Positions 56,492 through 64,000 of a stretch of 64,000 nt of DNA are shown here, in pieces. Position 1 is the stretch's first letter, and the number at the start of each line of letters is the position of its first letter. Under the pieces are notes generated by a model. That model saw only the letters and a list, made by a program, of their open reading frames with translations. It was not told where the DNA came from and made no database searches. Source of the DNA: Deltaproteobacteria bacterium (GTDB lineage Bacteria; Desulfobacterota; Desulfobulbia; Desulfobulbales; SURF-16); the NCBI GenBank assembly GCA_024277655.1, contig JAJRUT010000077.1, forward strand, positions 3,867-67,866, given 5' to 3'. A program made the position numbers and the translations under genes.

Positions 56492-57420
56492 TAAGTCCTT
56501 ATCCGTAACTGTTTGTGGATGGCTTGTTTAATTAGTGGAGCCACCGAGTATATATCAAATAATAAGTCAGATTTGCGATTTGGATAGGTGTTCGTGCCTA
56601 TTATCTTGGTGATGCCGCTTTTTATAAAGCGTTCCTGGCTGTCCCCGGACATTACAAGGTGGGTGGCCATGACGATGGTGTCTGTTGCCCCTGCGTCCTT
56701 GCAGCGTTCGGCGGTTTGGATAATGGAGCCGCCTGTACGAATCATATCATCACAGATAATAACGGTTTTGCCTGAGACCACCGAGGCCACCTGGCCCACC
56801 ATGGTTTTATCTTTGGCAAACCGGTCTTTGTCGGCAGCCGTATGGGCTACGCCAAGTTTACCGGCAAGGCGTGCCACCCATTTTGATCTGCCATAGTCCG
56901 GCGAAACCAGAACAAAGTTTTCTAGATTTAATGAGTTGATTTTGCTGATAATCAACTCATCTGTTTGGATGTGCAGGGTGTGGATATTGCCGCAATGGGC
57001 ATTGAGAACGGCTTCTGAATGGAGGTCGATAAAGGCGGTGAAATGTGGCCTGGCCCTGAATATTTGCCTAGTCCTGGTTATTCCCTTGGGGACTTCAAAG
57101 ATGCCGGGTTTTGCCTGTTCCATGGTTGAGTAGCCGAGATACGGGACAATCACATTGACGGTGTGGGCCATGTAATGATGACAACCATCGATTATGTCAA
57201 TTAGCTCCAGTAACGAGTTGTCGGTCGGGGTGGAGGCGATGATGACCACATCGCGGCCGCCGATATCGGTCGGGAAGGCGTGATAAATTTCGCCATCGGA
57301 GAACTCCTGACGCTGCATTGGTGTGGATTTGCACTGGAGCAGGTCTGCCGTTTCCTTGGCCAGGTCTGCCGATTCCAGGTTGGAGAGAATAATAAGGTCT
57401 TTTATGGATGCTTGTTTCAT
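56491..57420 (-). CDS. prs: Ribose-phosphate pyrophosphokinase
   Basis: 309 aa. VSPDYG. PRPP-binding loop VIICDDMIRTGGSI. Confidence 0.85.
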   Translation of the reverse strand: MKQASIKDLIILSNLESADLAKETADLLQCKSTPMQRQEFSDGEIYHAFPTDIGGRDVVIIASTPTDNSLLELIDIIDGCHHYMAHTVNVIVPYLGYSTMEQAKPGIFEVPKGITRTRQIFRARPHFTAFIDLHSEAVLNAHCGNIHTLHIQTDELIISKINSLNLENFVLVSPDYGRSKWVARLAGKLGVAHTAADKDRFAKDKTMVGQVASVVSGKTVIICDDMIRTGGSIIQTAERCKDAGATDTIVMATHLVMSGDSQERFIKSGITKIIGTNTYPNRKSDLLFDIYSVAPLIKQAIHKQLRIRT

Positions 57421-57614
57421 AAGAGGCTACCAAATCGTGCTTTAGGGCCTGTAAAAAAGATATCAGCTATCTTATTTCCCTACAGACCCTTTACTGGTCG
57501 GAAATAATAAATAATTTTGTGACCTTAATCGAACCACGCCCCTCCCGACCAGAGAAAAAATACAAATCAGTTAAAAATGTGGTCTGGATAGCACCTGATA
57601 TTTGACCTGGGTTA

Positions 57615-58517
57615 TTACAGATGGATATCCTCACCACTCACCAATCTGACAAGTTCTTTGTAGTCCTCACTTCCCTTTGAATTTGGCGCAAATTCAAAGA
57701 TTGTCTGGCCGTAGGCCGGAGCTTCACAGAGCTTGATATTGTATCTGATGGGTTGACTGATGTGGTCGCCGTACAGTTCCTGCAGTTTATGCAAGATGGT
57801 TGCGCTGTTGCGCACCCTTTTGTCGTGAAAGGTGGGAATAATGTATTTTAGACCAAGTTTTTTGTTGTATTTCTGGATTGCTGAGAAGGATTTGAGAAAT
57901 TCCACCAGTCCCTGCAGGGTCATGACCTCCAGAGAAACAGGGACGATAATCTCGGTGACAAAAAACAGGACGTTGACAATGATGGGATCCCAACCGGGGG
58001 AGGTGTCAAAGATAATGTAGTCAAACTGGTCAGCAATGGGGTCAAGCTTTTCGGTGAGGGTATGTTCGCCGCCAAAGTCCTTGCGCTGAATAAGCCGTTT
58101 TACTCCGGCAAGTGATTTTCCACCCCCAAGAAGCCAGAGGTTTTCCCTGGCCTGGAAATACGCCTCTTCAGGGGGTAGTTCGCCGGTGATAAGTTCGGTA
58201 AGCCCCGCCTTCGGTTGTACGCCAAGCATAAAGGCCGACTGGCCCTGGGTGTCGGTATCTATAAGGAGAACCCTTTTTCCGGCAAGAGCCAGGCCGTGGG
58301 CCAGGTGTACGGCTGTGGTGGTTTTTCCGACTCCCCCCTTACTGAGGGTTACTCCAAGTTTTCGTACTTTTTTCTTTTCGGGGATGATCTTTGGCGAGCT
58401 TTCGGTGAAGGGGAAGAGCTTTTTGCAGTATTTACAGCGAACTAGGGTGATATTTGGTGGAATACGGGTCTTGTCAATCGTATGTGTTTTCTGGCAGTGG
58501 GCGCAGTGTAGGATCAT
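57615..58517 (-). CDS. ParA/MinD-family ATPase with N-terminal zinc ribbon
   Basis: CAHCQ...CKYCK (MJ0042-type finger), then the deviant Walker A SKGGVGKTTTAVHLA. Confidence 0.8.
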   Translation of the reverse strand: MILHCAHCQKTHTIDKTRIPPNITLVRCKYCKKLFPFTESSPKIIPEKKKVRKLGVTLSKGGVGKTTTAVHLAHGLALAGKRVLLIDTDTQGQSAFMLGVQPKAGLTELITGELPPEEAYFQARENLWLLGGGKSLAGVKRLIQRKDFGGEHTLTEKLDPIADQFDYIIFDTSPGWDPIIVNVLFFVTEIIVPVSLEVMTLQGLVEFLKSFSAIQKYNKKLGLKYIIPTFHDKRVRNSATILHKLQELYGDHISQPIRYNIKLCEAPAYGQTIFEFAPNSKGSEDYKELVRLVSGEDIHL

Positions 58518-58537
58518 TGGTTCTGGAAACCTGTGGC

Positions 58538-58933
58538 CTAAAAATCTGGCATAAAGGAAAATAAACTGGCTCTATGGTCATCCATAAAACGTTTGAGAAG
58601 TTCTTTTGTCTGGTGATCCATCTCAATGAGTTCAATGCCACAGAGACAGCCCACATCCTCTGCTGAGATGTGGGCGACACAACCCTTGACCTTGCAGGAT
58701 ACGGTGTCAATGGTCAGGACAATGTCAGTAACATTGTCTCCTGTGACAAAGGTGTTGATGTTATCAAGGTAGATGCCAACGCCACCTGCGGCAATATTAA
58801 CAATCTCATAGCTGGTGTCAGCAATAGTGATACTGATCTTACTCGTTTCATCAATTGGTATTCTGAAAAATTTACGACCGCCATTGCTATTGTTGTCTGT
58901 CATCTGAGTTTCCTTTGGGGGTGGAATAATCAT
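58538..58933 (-). CDS. PilZ domain protein
   Basis: RKFFR (RxxxR) and NIAAGGVG (a variant of D/NxSxxG). The stop is 20 nt from the ParA-like start. Confidence 0.6.
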   Translation of the reverse strand: MIIPPPKETQMTDNNSNGGRKFFRIPIDETSKISITIADTSYEIVNIAAGGVGIYLDNINTFVTGDNVTDIVLTIDTVSCKVKGCVAHISAEDVGCLCGIELIEMDHQTKELLKRFMDDHRASLFSFMPDF

Positions 58934-59072
58934 TGTACCGGTCTATTTTAAGGGGGAATATTTGCTTGACAAGGAAGGGCGACCTGTGTTTGTAACGTCA
59001 GTATATCATAGATGTAAGTAGTGGATCAAAAAGAAAAAATCAGGCTTTGCTGGGTGTAAAGGGGGGATATAA

Positions 59073-59294
59073 ATGAAGGTGACAATTACCTACTGTACAA
59101 GGTGAAATTATTTACCGAGGGCTTCCGGTCTGGAGGCTGAACTTGTGACAGCGTTTAAAGCGGATGTCGAGTTGCTTGCTGGCTCTGATGGTATTTATGA
59201 TGTGGTGGTGGACGATGTTCTGATTTTCTCCAAGAAAAAAGAGAGGCGTTTCCCCGAAGATGGTGAGGTTGCCAAGTTGATCGAGGCGTTGTAG
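59073..59294 (+). CDS. SelW/Rdx-family selenoprotein (in-frame TGA = Sec at codon 11)
   Basis: Not in the ORF track. Hand translation: MKVTITYCTR-U-NYLPRASGLEAELVTAFKADVELLAGSDGIYDVVVDDVLIFSKKKERRFPEDGEVAKLIEAL*. CxxU redox motif at TGA 59103-59105. G-rich Shine-Dalgarno (GGGGGG) upstream of the ATG. The frame stays open for 62 codons after the TGA. Confidence 0.75.
59121..59137 (+). promoter_or_regulatory. Candidate bacterial SECIS apical hairpin
   Basis: GCUUCC-GGUCU-GGAGGC (6 bp including one G:U). The stem begins 16 nt after the UGA and the loop is G-containing. Confidence 0.4.
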
Positions 59295-59297
59295 GGC

Positions 59298-59416
59298 CTG
59301 ACTCCTGAATCCTAACTCCTAACTCCTGAATTCTGACTCCTGAATCCTGACTCCTGAATTCTGACTCCTGAATCCTGACTCCTGAATCCTGACTTCTAAC
59401 CCCTAACTCCTACTCC
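59298..59416 (+). repeat. Tandem array of 17 heptamers (CTGACTC/CTGAATC/CTAACTC variants)
   Basis: Units counted directly: CTGACTC CTGAATC CTAACTC CTAACTC CTGAATT CTGACTC CTGAATC CTGACTC CTGAATT CTGACTC CTGAATC CTGACTC CTGAATC CTGACTT CTAACCC CTAACTC CTACTCC. The array fills the whole gap between the convergent selW-like and yggS genes. Confidence 0.9.
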
Positions 59417-60096
59417 CGATTACCAAAGATTGCCGTGCCAACCCGGATCATGGTGGCGCCTTCGGCAATGGCGACTCGGTAATCCGCTGACATGCCCATT
59501 GATAATTCCAATGGTTTGTCTTGGGCCAGCAGGCCGTCCTGTTTAAGGCTCATACCTAATTCCCTGAGGGCTGTAAAATAGGGGCGACTCTCTTCAGGGT
59601 CGTGACCGTAGGGTGGAATGGTCATCAGGCCGCAGATCTCAAGGGCTGGCAGGGGCTGGATGGCCTTCAGTAGTTCCACGGCCTGTTCCGGTAGAATCCC
59701 GGATTTTTGAGGTTCCAGCCCGACGTTTACCTGGATTAGAATCTTTTGGACCTTGCCAAGGTTTGTGGCGTGTTTGGCGATGGTCTTGGCGATTTTCAGC
59801 CGATCCACGGTATGGATTAAGTCAAAATAGGTGACGGCAAGTTTGGCCTTGTTGGATTGCAAGGGGCCAATGAAATGGAAAATGCCACGATCCTCGGAGA
59901 GATCCTTGATCTTCTCCACCGCCTCCTGCATAAAATTTTCGCCAAAATCGACCTGGCCGCAGTCCAGGGCCTGCCTTATCGTTGCAACCGGTTTTCGTTT
60001 GGAGACGGCGATCAGCTTAATGGGGGTGTGGCGGTCAAACTCTTTGGCCGCAGTCTTAATATCCTGTTTTATCCGGGCAATATTGTCAGCAATCAT
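59410..60096 (-). CDS. yggS: YggS-family pyridoxal-phosphate homeostasis protein
   Basis: 228 aa. VSKRKP (PLP Lys), HFIGPLQSNK, and a C-terminal IRVGTAIFG. Confidence 0.8.
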   Translation of the reverse strand: MIADNIARIKQDIKTAAKEFDRHTPIKLIAVSKRKPVATIRQALDCGQVDFGENFMQEAVEKIKDLSEDRGIFHFIGPLQSNKAKLAVTYFDLIHTVDRLKIAKTIAKHATNLGKVQKILIQVNVGLEPQKSGILPEQAVELLKAIQPLPALEICGLMTIPPYGHDPEESRPYFTALRELGMSLKQDGLLAQDKPLELSMGMSADYRVAIAEGATMIRVGTAIFGNRE

Positions 60097-60938
60097 AATT
60101 TTATCTGTAAGAGGTTCTGAACGTTTTGGCTGGTGATTTCTGCCAGTTTTTCAAGGCTTATATTATGGAGCATGGCGACCTTCTCGGCGGTGTAGAGCAG
60201 GTAGGCCGGTTCGTTGCGTTTGCCCCGGTATGGCTCCGGGGCCAGAAAAGGCCCATCGGTCTCAAGCAGTAAGCGATTTAAGGGAACTGAGGCCGTTGCC
60301 TCCTGCAGGTCCAGGGCCTTTTTAAAGGTCACAACTCCAGGGATTGAGAGGTGAAAACCCAGGTCAAGAAATTTACGGGCCACGGTTTTATCGCCGGAAA
60401 AACAGTGGATAATACCCCCGGCCGGGAAGGGGCCCTGGGCCTTGAGAATGGTGATGATTTCCGCGTGGGCTTCACGGTCATGAATAATGATGGGCAGATT
60501 AAGCTCTTTGGCGCATTGAAGCTGGATGGTAAAGGCTTTGATCTGGTCAGCAATCGGGGCATAATCCTTATAGCGGTTAATGCCGATTTCGCCAAAGGCA
60601 ACTACCTTGGGGTGCTTGCTAAGCTCGCGTAACTGAGCCATGGTGCTGGCGTTACATGTCGGGGCATAATGGGGGTGAATGCCCACTGTTGCATAGACAT
60701 TTTGGTGCTGTGAACAGAGTCCAACAGCTTCTTTGGAACTAGCAAGATCAATGCCGATGGTAATAATGGTGCCAACCCCGGCGGATTTTGCCCGGCTGAT
60801 TACGTCGTCCACGTCATCGGTGTACCTGTCCATGTCGAGATGACAGTGGGTGTCGACAAACCCACAGGCTGATTGGAGGAGGGGCAGAGGTTTTCTTTTT
60901 TTCTTTTTAGACATTGTGTTTTGTCGGTGGAATTGCAA
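60093..60938 (-). CDS. TatD-family metal-dependent hydrolase
   Basis: VDTHCHL motif and FGEIG. The ORF-track start is TTG; the ATG at 60914 (MSKKKKRK) is the more likely start. Confidence 0.8.
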   Translation of the reverse strand: MQFHRQNTMSKKKKRKPLPLLQSACGFVDTHCHLDMDRYTDDVDDVISRAKSAGVGTIITIGIDLASSKEAVGLCSQHQNVYATVGIHPHYAPTCNASTMAQLRELSKHPKVVAFGEIGINRYKDYAPIADQIKAFTIQLQCAKELNLPIIIHDREAHAEIITILKAQGPFPAGGIIHCFSGDKTVARKFLDLGFHLSIPGVVTFKKALDLQEATASVPLNRLLLETDGPFLAPEPYRGKRNEPAYLLYTAEKVAMLHNISLEKLAEITSQNVQNLLQIKL

Positions 60939-61100
60939 AGAGTTGGATTTTAGATGTGAGGAGTAAAAGCCAAGCGTGTAGAGTCAAGGTTAAACAACGG
61001 CTGCGCGGTGTAAATTAATTGACAAAGCGCATAAGGACAACTACTTTGTGACCCATATTTTAAATGTTTAATTTTATCTCTTTGATGTTTCTTTATAGAT

Positions 61101-61643
61101 ATGCGTAAAGTTACAAATGCAAAGGTTCAGGTTGCCATGAAACCAGTACAACAGGCCATTTATAACCGGAGATCACGGCGGGAGTTTACCGCTGACCCTG
61201 TTGACAAATCCATCATTGAGGCAATTCTCAAGGCGGGGATCTGGGCGCCATCCGGCCTGAATAACCAGCCGTGGCGGTTTGTGGTTATTACTGATGCCTC
61301 CACTATCAAACAGCTTTCGGAAACGACCCATTACACCCATATTGTCGCTGGTGCGCCGGTACTTATTGGCGTTTACCTTGATGCGGATTCAATGTACGAT
61401 GCGGTCAAGGATTATCAGGCCATTGGTGCCTGTATTCAAAATATGCTGCTTGCCATTGAAGAATGTGGCCTTGGCGGGGTGTGGCTAGGTCAGATCTTGA
61501 AAAATAGGGATGACGTAAATCGCATCCTCGGGGTGGAGAGCCGCTACGAACTGATGGCTGTCCTGGCCCTGGGGCATCCCGCCAAAACGGATCAGCAATC
61601 GAACCGCAAACCACTGGCAGATTTTATCCTGAAAACTATTTAA
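61101..61643 (+). CDS. Nitroreductase-family protein
   Basis: RRSRREFT, PSGLNNQPWRF. Confidence 0.75.
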   Translation: MRKVTNAKVQVAMKPVQQAIYNRRSRREFTADPVDKSIIEAILKAGIWAPSGLNNQPWRFVVITDASTIKQLSETTHYTHIVAGAPVLIGVYLDADSMYDAVKDYQAIGACIQNMLLAIEECGLGGVWLGQILKNRDDVNRILGVESRYELMAVLALGHPAKTDQQSNRKPLADFILKTI

Positions 61644-61702
61644 CCTTACTTCCCACAAGAAAGGCTAAATCTCATTAATATTATGGAAATACGGAGATTA
61701 TT

Positions 61703-62155
61703 ATGAACGGTTTCAATTTAAAGCAACTCCTTGTCCTTATTGCGGTCTCTTTTACCCTTTCAGGGTGCTTGGGGATGGAATCAAGTACTGAAATCAATGG
61801 GGCTGATAATGCTCAGGCCCAGGTTGAGCAGGCCCAGCCTTTTTATCACTCTTCATACTCCAAACTGTTGTTGCCCGATGGCCTCACCATGGATAAGAGG
61901 GAGTCCAGTTTTGTTAAAACGGATTCGTTCACCGGTGGTAATATCCGCTTTGTCGGTAAACTGGAACTCGACTCTCTTGGTCAGTTTTTTTCCAACACAA
62001 TGCCTAAAAATGGCTGGAAGAACGTGTATGCCAGCCAGGGGGCCGAGATTCTGCAGGCCTATACCCGTGAAGGGGCCACCTGTATCATAAAAATCACCGA
62101 GACGAGTTTTAAGACCAACGTTGATATCTACGTGGCTGATGTTGCAGCTAAGTAA
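61703..62155 (+). CDS. Putative lipoprotein, unknown function
   Basis: Signal peptide with the lipobox TLSGC. Confidence 0.5.
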   Translation: MNGFNLKQLLVLIAVSFTLSGCLGMESSTEINGADNAQAQVEQAQPFYHSSYSKLLLPDGLTMDKRESSFVKTDSFTGGNIRFVGKLELDSLGQFFSNTMPKNGWKNVYASQGAEILQAYTREGATCIIKITETSFKTNVDIYVADVAAK

Positions 62156-62173
62156 GACCGGATTTTTGAACTG

Positions 62174-63382
62174 ATGCCATCACCATTACGTGGAAAAAAA
62201 ATACTCCTTGGAGTGTGCGGTTCTATTGCTGCCTATAAGGGTTGTGAGTTTGTCCGCAATTTACGCAAACTTGGGGCTGAGGTTACGGTTGTTCTTACCT
62301 CTGGTGGGGAGCGGTTTGTTACAAGTCTCACCTTTGCAGCGTTGTCGGCAAATAAGGTGTATGGCGGGATGTTTGCCAGTGATGAGAGTCATAAGATTCC
62401 CCATATCAGCCTTTCCCGTGACCATGACCTAATCCTCATTGCTCCGCTTACGGCGCAGACCATCAGTCGTCTTGCCCAGGGTCAGGCCGATGATCTTCTC
62501 TGCTCGGTGGTGCTTGCCGCTAAAATCCCGGTTGTTTTATGCCCGGCGATGAATTCCAACATGTTCACCCATCCTGCCACCCAAAACAATCTGCAAACCC
62601 TGAAAGGCTATGGGTACAGGGTTGTTGAACCGGATTCAGGCAAGATGGCCTGTGATGAGGAAGGGCCGGGCCGTCTAGCTGAGTGGGATGATATCCGTAT
62701 GCAGCTTGAATCTCTCTTTGTAAAGCAGGATTTGGCGGGGAAAAAGGTGCTGGTTACAGCAGGGCCCACCGAGGAGCCCCTTGATCCGGTGCGTTTTTTG
62801 TCGAATAATTCCTCTGGCAGGATGGGGTACGCCCTGGCGAGGGGCGCAGTTCTGCGGGGGGCCGAGGTGACGCTTATCAGTGGGCCGACCAGTCTTCCCC
62901 AACCGGCGGTGCATTGTTTTGAGGCCGTCCGCACCGCTGACGAGATGCAGGGCCAGGTGCATAATTATTTTGCTGCCACCGATATTTTAATTATGGTGGC
63001 AGCCGTTTCCGATTTTAGACCCGCCCACTGCGCGGATCAGAAAATCAAAAAACAGACGGGTGCTGTTCACTTGGAGTTAAGTGGCAACGCTGACATCCTT
63101 CTTTCCTTAACGGGTGAGCGGGATAAACAGTTTATGGTGGGGTTTGCGGCTGAGAGTGAAAAACACATAGAGTCGGGGCTTGATAAATTAAAGCGGAAAG
63201 AACTAAATATGATTGTTGTCAATGATATTGCAAGTACAGAAACAGGTTTTAAGTCCGAGACCAACGTGGTGACCATTCTCCATGATTCTGGGGAAACGGT
63301 TGAGGTAGGGCTTGGAACCAAAGATGAGATCAGTATGACTATTCTGGCTGAGGTTGCGGCGCGTCTTGGTGGCAATTCATGA
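62174..63382 (+). CDS. coaBC: Bifunctional phosphopantothenoylcysteine decarboxylase / phosphopantothenate-cysteine ligase
   Basis: 402 aa. KILLGVCGSIAAYK flavoprotein N-terminus, PAMNSNM, and C-terminal ligase half (VTAGPTEEPLDPVRFLSNNSSG). Confidence 0.85.
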   Translation: MPSPLRGKKILLGVCGSIAAYKGCEFVRNLRKLGAEVTVVLTSGGERFVTSLTFAALSANKVYGGMFASDESHKIPHISLSRDHDLILIAPLTAQTISRLAQGQADDLLCSVVLAAKIPVVLCPAMNSNMFTHPATQNNLQTLKGYGYRVVEPDSGKMACDEEGPGRLAEWDDIRMQLESLFVKQDLAGKKVLVTAGPTEEPLDPVRFLSNNSSGRMGYALARGAVLRGAEVTLISGPTSLPQPAVHCFEAVRTADEMQGQVHNYFAATDILIMVAAVSDFRPAHCADQKIKKQTGAVHLELSGNADILLSLTGERDKQFMVGFAAESEKHIESGLDKLKRKELNMIVVNDIASTETGFKSETNVVTILHDSGETVEVGLGTKDEISMTILAEVAARLGGNS

Positions 63383-64000
63383 TTAGCCGGCGGGATTTTC
63401 TTAAAAGAACAGCAGGCACAGCCCTTTTTGTCGGTGGTGCTTGTGGGACTATTGCTCCTTCTGCCAAGGCTTACACCCTGCGGAGCAAACCAAAACTGGT
63501 TTCCCAAATAGCTACGATCTGTGAGATGTGTAAGGCCAATTGTCCCATGGTTGCCTCCCTGTATAAGGATGGTACCATTCGTCTGGCCGGTAACAGGAAC
63601 AATCCCATTCATGGCCCGGCCTTATGTAGTCGCGGTCTTGCTGCCACCAGACTCCTCAACCATCCCGACCGGCTTAAATTCCCCATGCGCCGGGTAGGTG
63701 GTCGGGGCCAGGGTAGATGGCAGCGAATTTCCTGGGATGATGCCGTGCAGGAGATTGGTCGTAATATTCGTAAAACCTTTGCCACAAGGGGGGGCGATGG
63801 TCTGGCTCTTTTTGCCGGTGGCCGTTCTGCTCGCCATATAAAATCGTTTTTTACAAATCTTGGTTGCTCTAATATCTCTGACAGTTCCGCCGACCGTTCC
63901 CGTTTTATTCGCGCCCTCGGCTATGGCACCACCTTTGGTACCGTCCCCGATCCGGCTCTGGTTAATCTTGAAGGGAGCAGGTGTGTGGTTTTGCTCGGTA
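63379..64000 (+). CDS. Tat-exported molybdopterin oxidoreductase catalytic subunit (PsrA/PhsA-like), 5' part only
   Basis: Not in the ORF track (no stop within the window). Hand translation: MISRRDFLKRTAG... (twin-arginine signal), then the CEMCKANC...CSRG 4Fe-4S motif (CX2CX3C...C). ATGA overlap with the coaBC stop. Confidence 0.7.
   Translation, partial: MISRRDFLKRTAGTALFVGGACGTIAPSAKAYTLRSKPKLVSQIATICEMCKANCPMVASLYKDGTIRLAGNRNNPIHGPALCSRGLAATRLLNHPDRLKFPMRRVGGRGQGRWQRISWDDAVQEIGRNIRKTFATRGGDGLALFAGGRSARHIKSFFTNLGCSNISDSSADRSRFIRALGYGTTFGTVPDPALVNLEGSRCVVLLG

Noticed and set aside
57525-57560. GGTTCGATT-containing stretch (minus strand) that looked like a tRNA T-arm
   Set aside because: The flanking bases do not pair into a T-stem or acceptor stem, and no cloverleaf can be drawn. 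I found no tRNA, rRNA, tmRNA, RNase P or SRP signatures anywhere in the window.
59298-59416. Heptamer array as a possible CRISPR or other spacer-containing array
   Set aside because: The units are 7 nt and directly abutting, with no spacers, and there are no cas genes. It is a simple tandem repeat.

Overview
The gene content looks like a chromosome of an anaerobe, possibly Desulfobacterota-like (selenoprotein, Tat-FeS/NrfD redox module, many B12 radical SAM genes). This is inference only. All family calls come from motifs read by eye in the supplied translations or my own hand translations; no searches were run. The main feature is a large, split lipid/polyketide-type biosynthetic locus (about 1-22.8 kb and 28.4-50.3 kb). 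It has a type II KS/CLF + ACP + FabZ-like dehydratase + ketoreductase + thioesterase core. It also carries the anchoring and export set typical of aryl-polyene-like clusters: LpxL-like acyltransferase, GT2, LolA-like protein and MMPL exporter. What makes it unusual is the decoration: eight B12-binding (class B) radical SAM enzymes plus one SPASM-like radical SAM, two CrtI-like flavin desaturases, a LuxE/LuxC acyl-activation/reduction pair (LuxC is frameshifted), a U32-family protein, two SAM methyltransferases, a TIM-like protein lacking the catalytic Glu, and an adjacent homocitrate-synthase/LeuCD-like 2-oxoacid elongation trio. I could not assign a product; this is the best candidate for an undescribed system. 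The two halves are separated by a DUF2339-like membrane protein and a tetraheme cytochrome c / Tat-FeS / NrfD operon that share a promoter-operator block. The right end (50-64 kb) is mostly housekeeping: hybrid sensor kinase, copZ/copA, PilZ-prs-ParA(Zn-ribbon)-PilZ, yggS, tatD, nitroreductase, coaBC and the start of a Mo-oxidoreductase. Items absent from the ORF track: a SelW/Rdx-type selenoprotein gene with an in-frame TGA (59073-59294), a thioredoxin-fold ORF joined in frame to a TPR region across a single TAA, the LuxC frameshift, and two window-edge partial genes. Intergenic DNA is rich in heptamer-periodic arrays, an approximately 64-bp repeated element, approximately 85-bp direct repeats flanking one rSAM gene, and several nested inverted repeats. 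I saw no rRNA, tRNA, CRISPR array, transposase or integrase.
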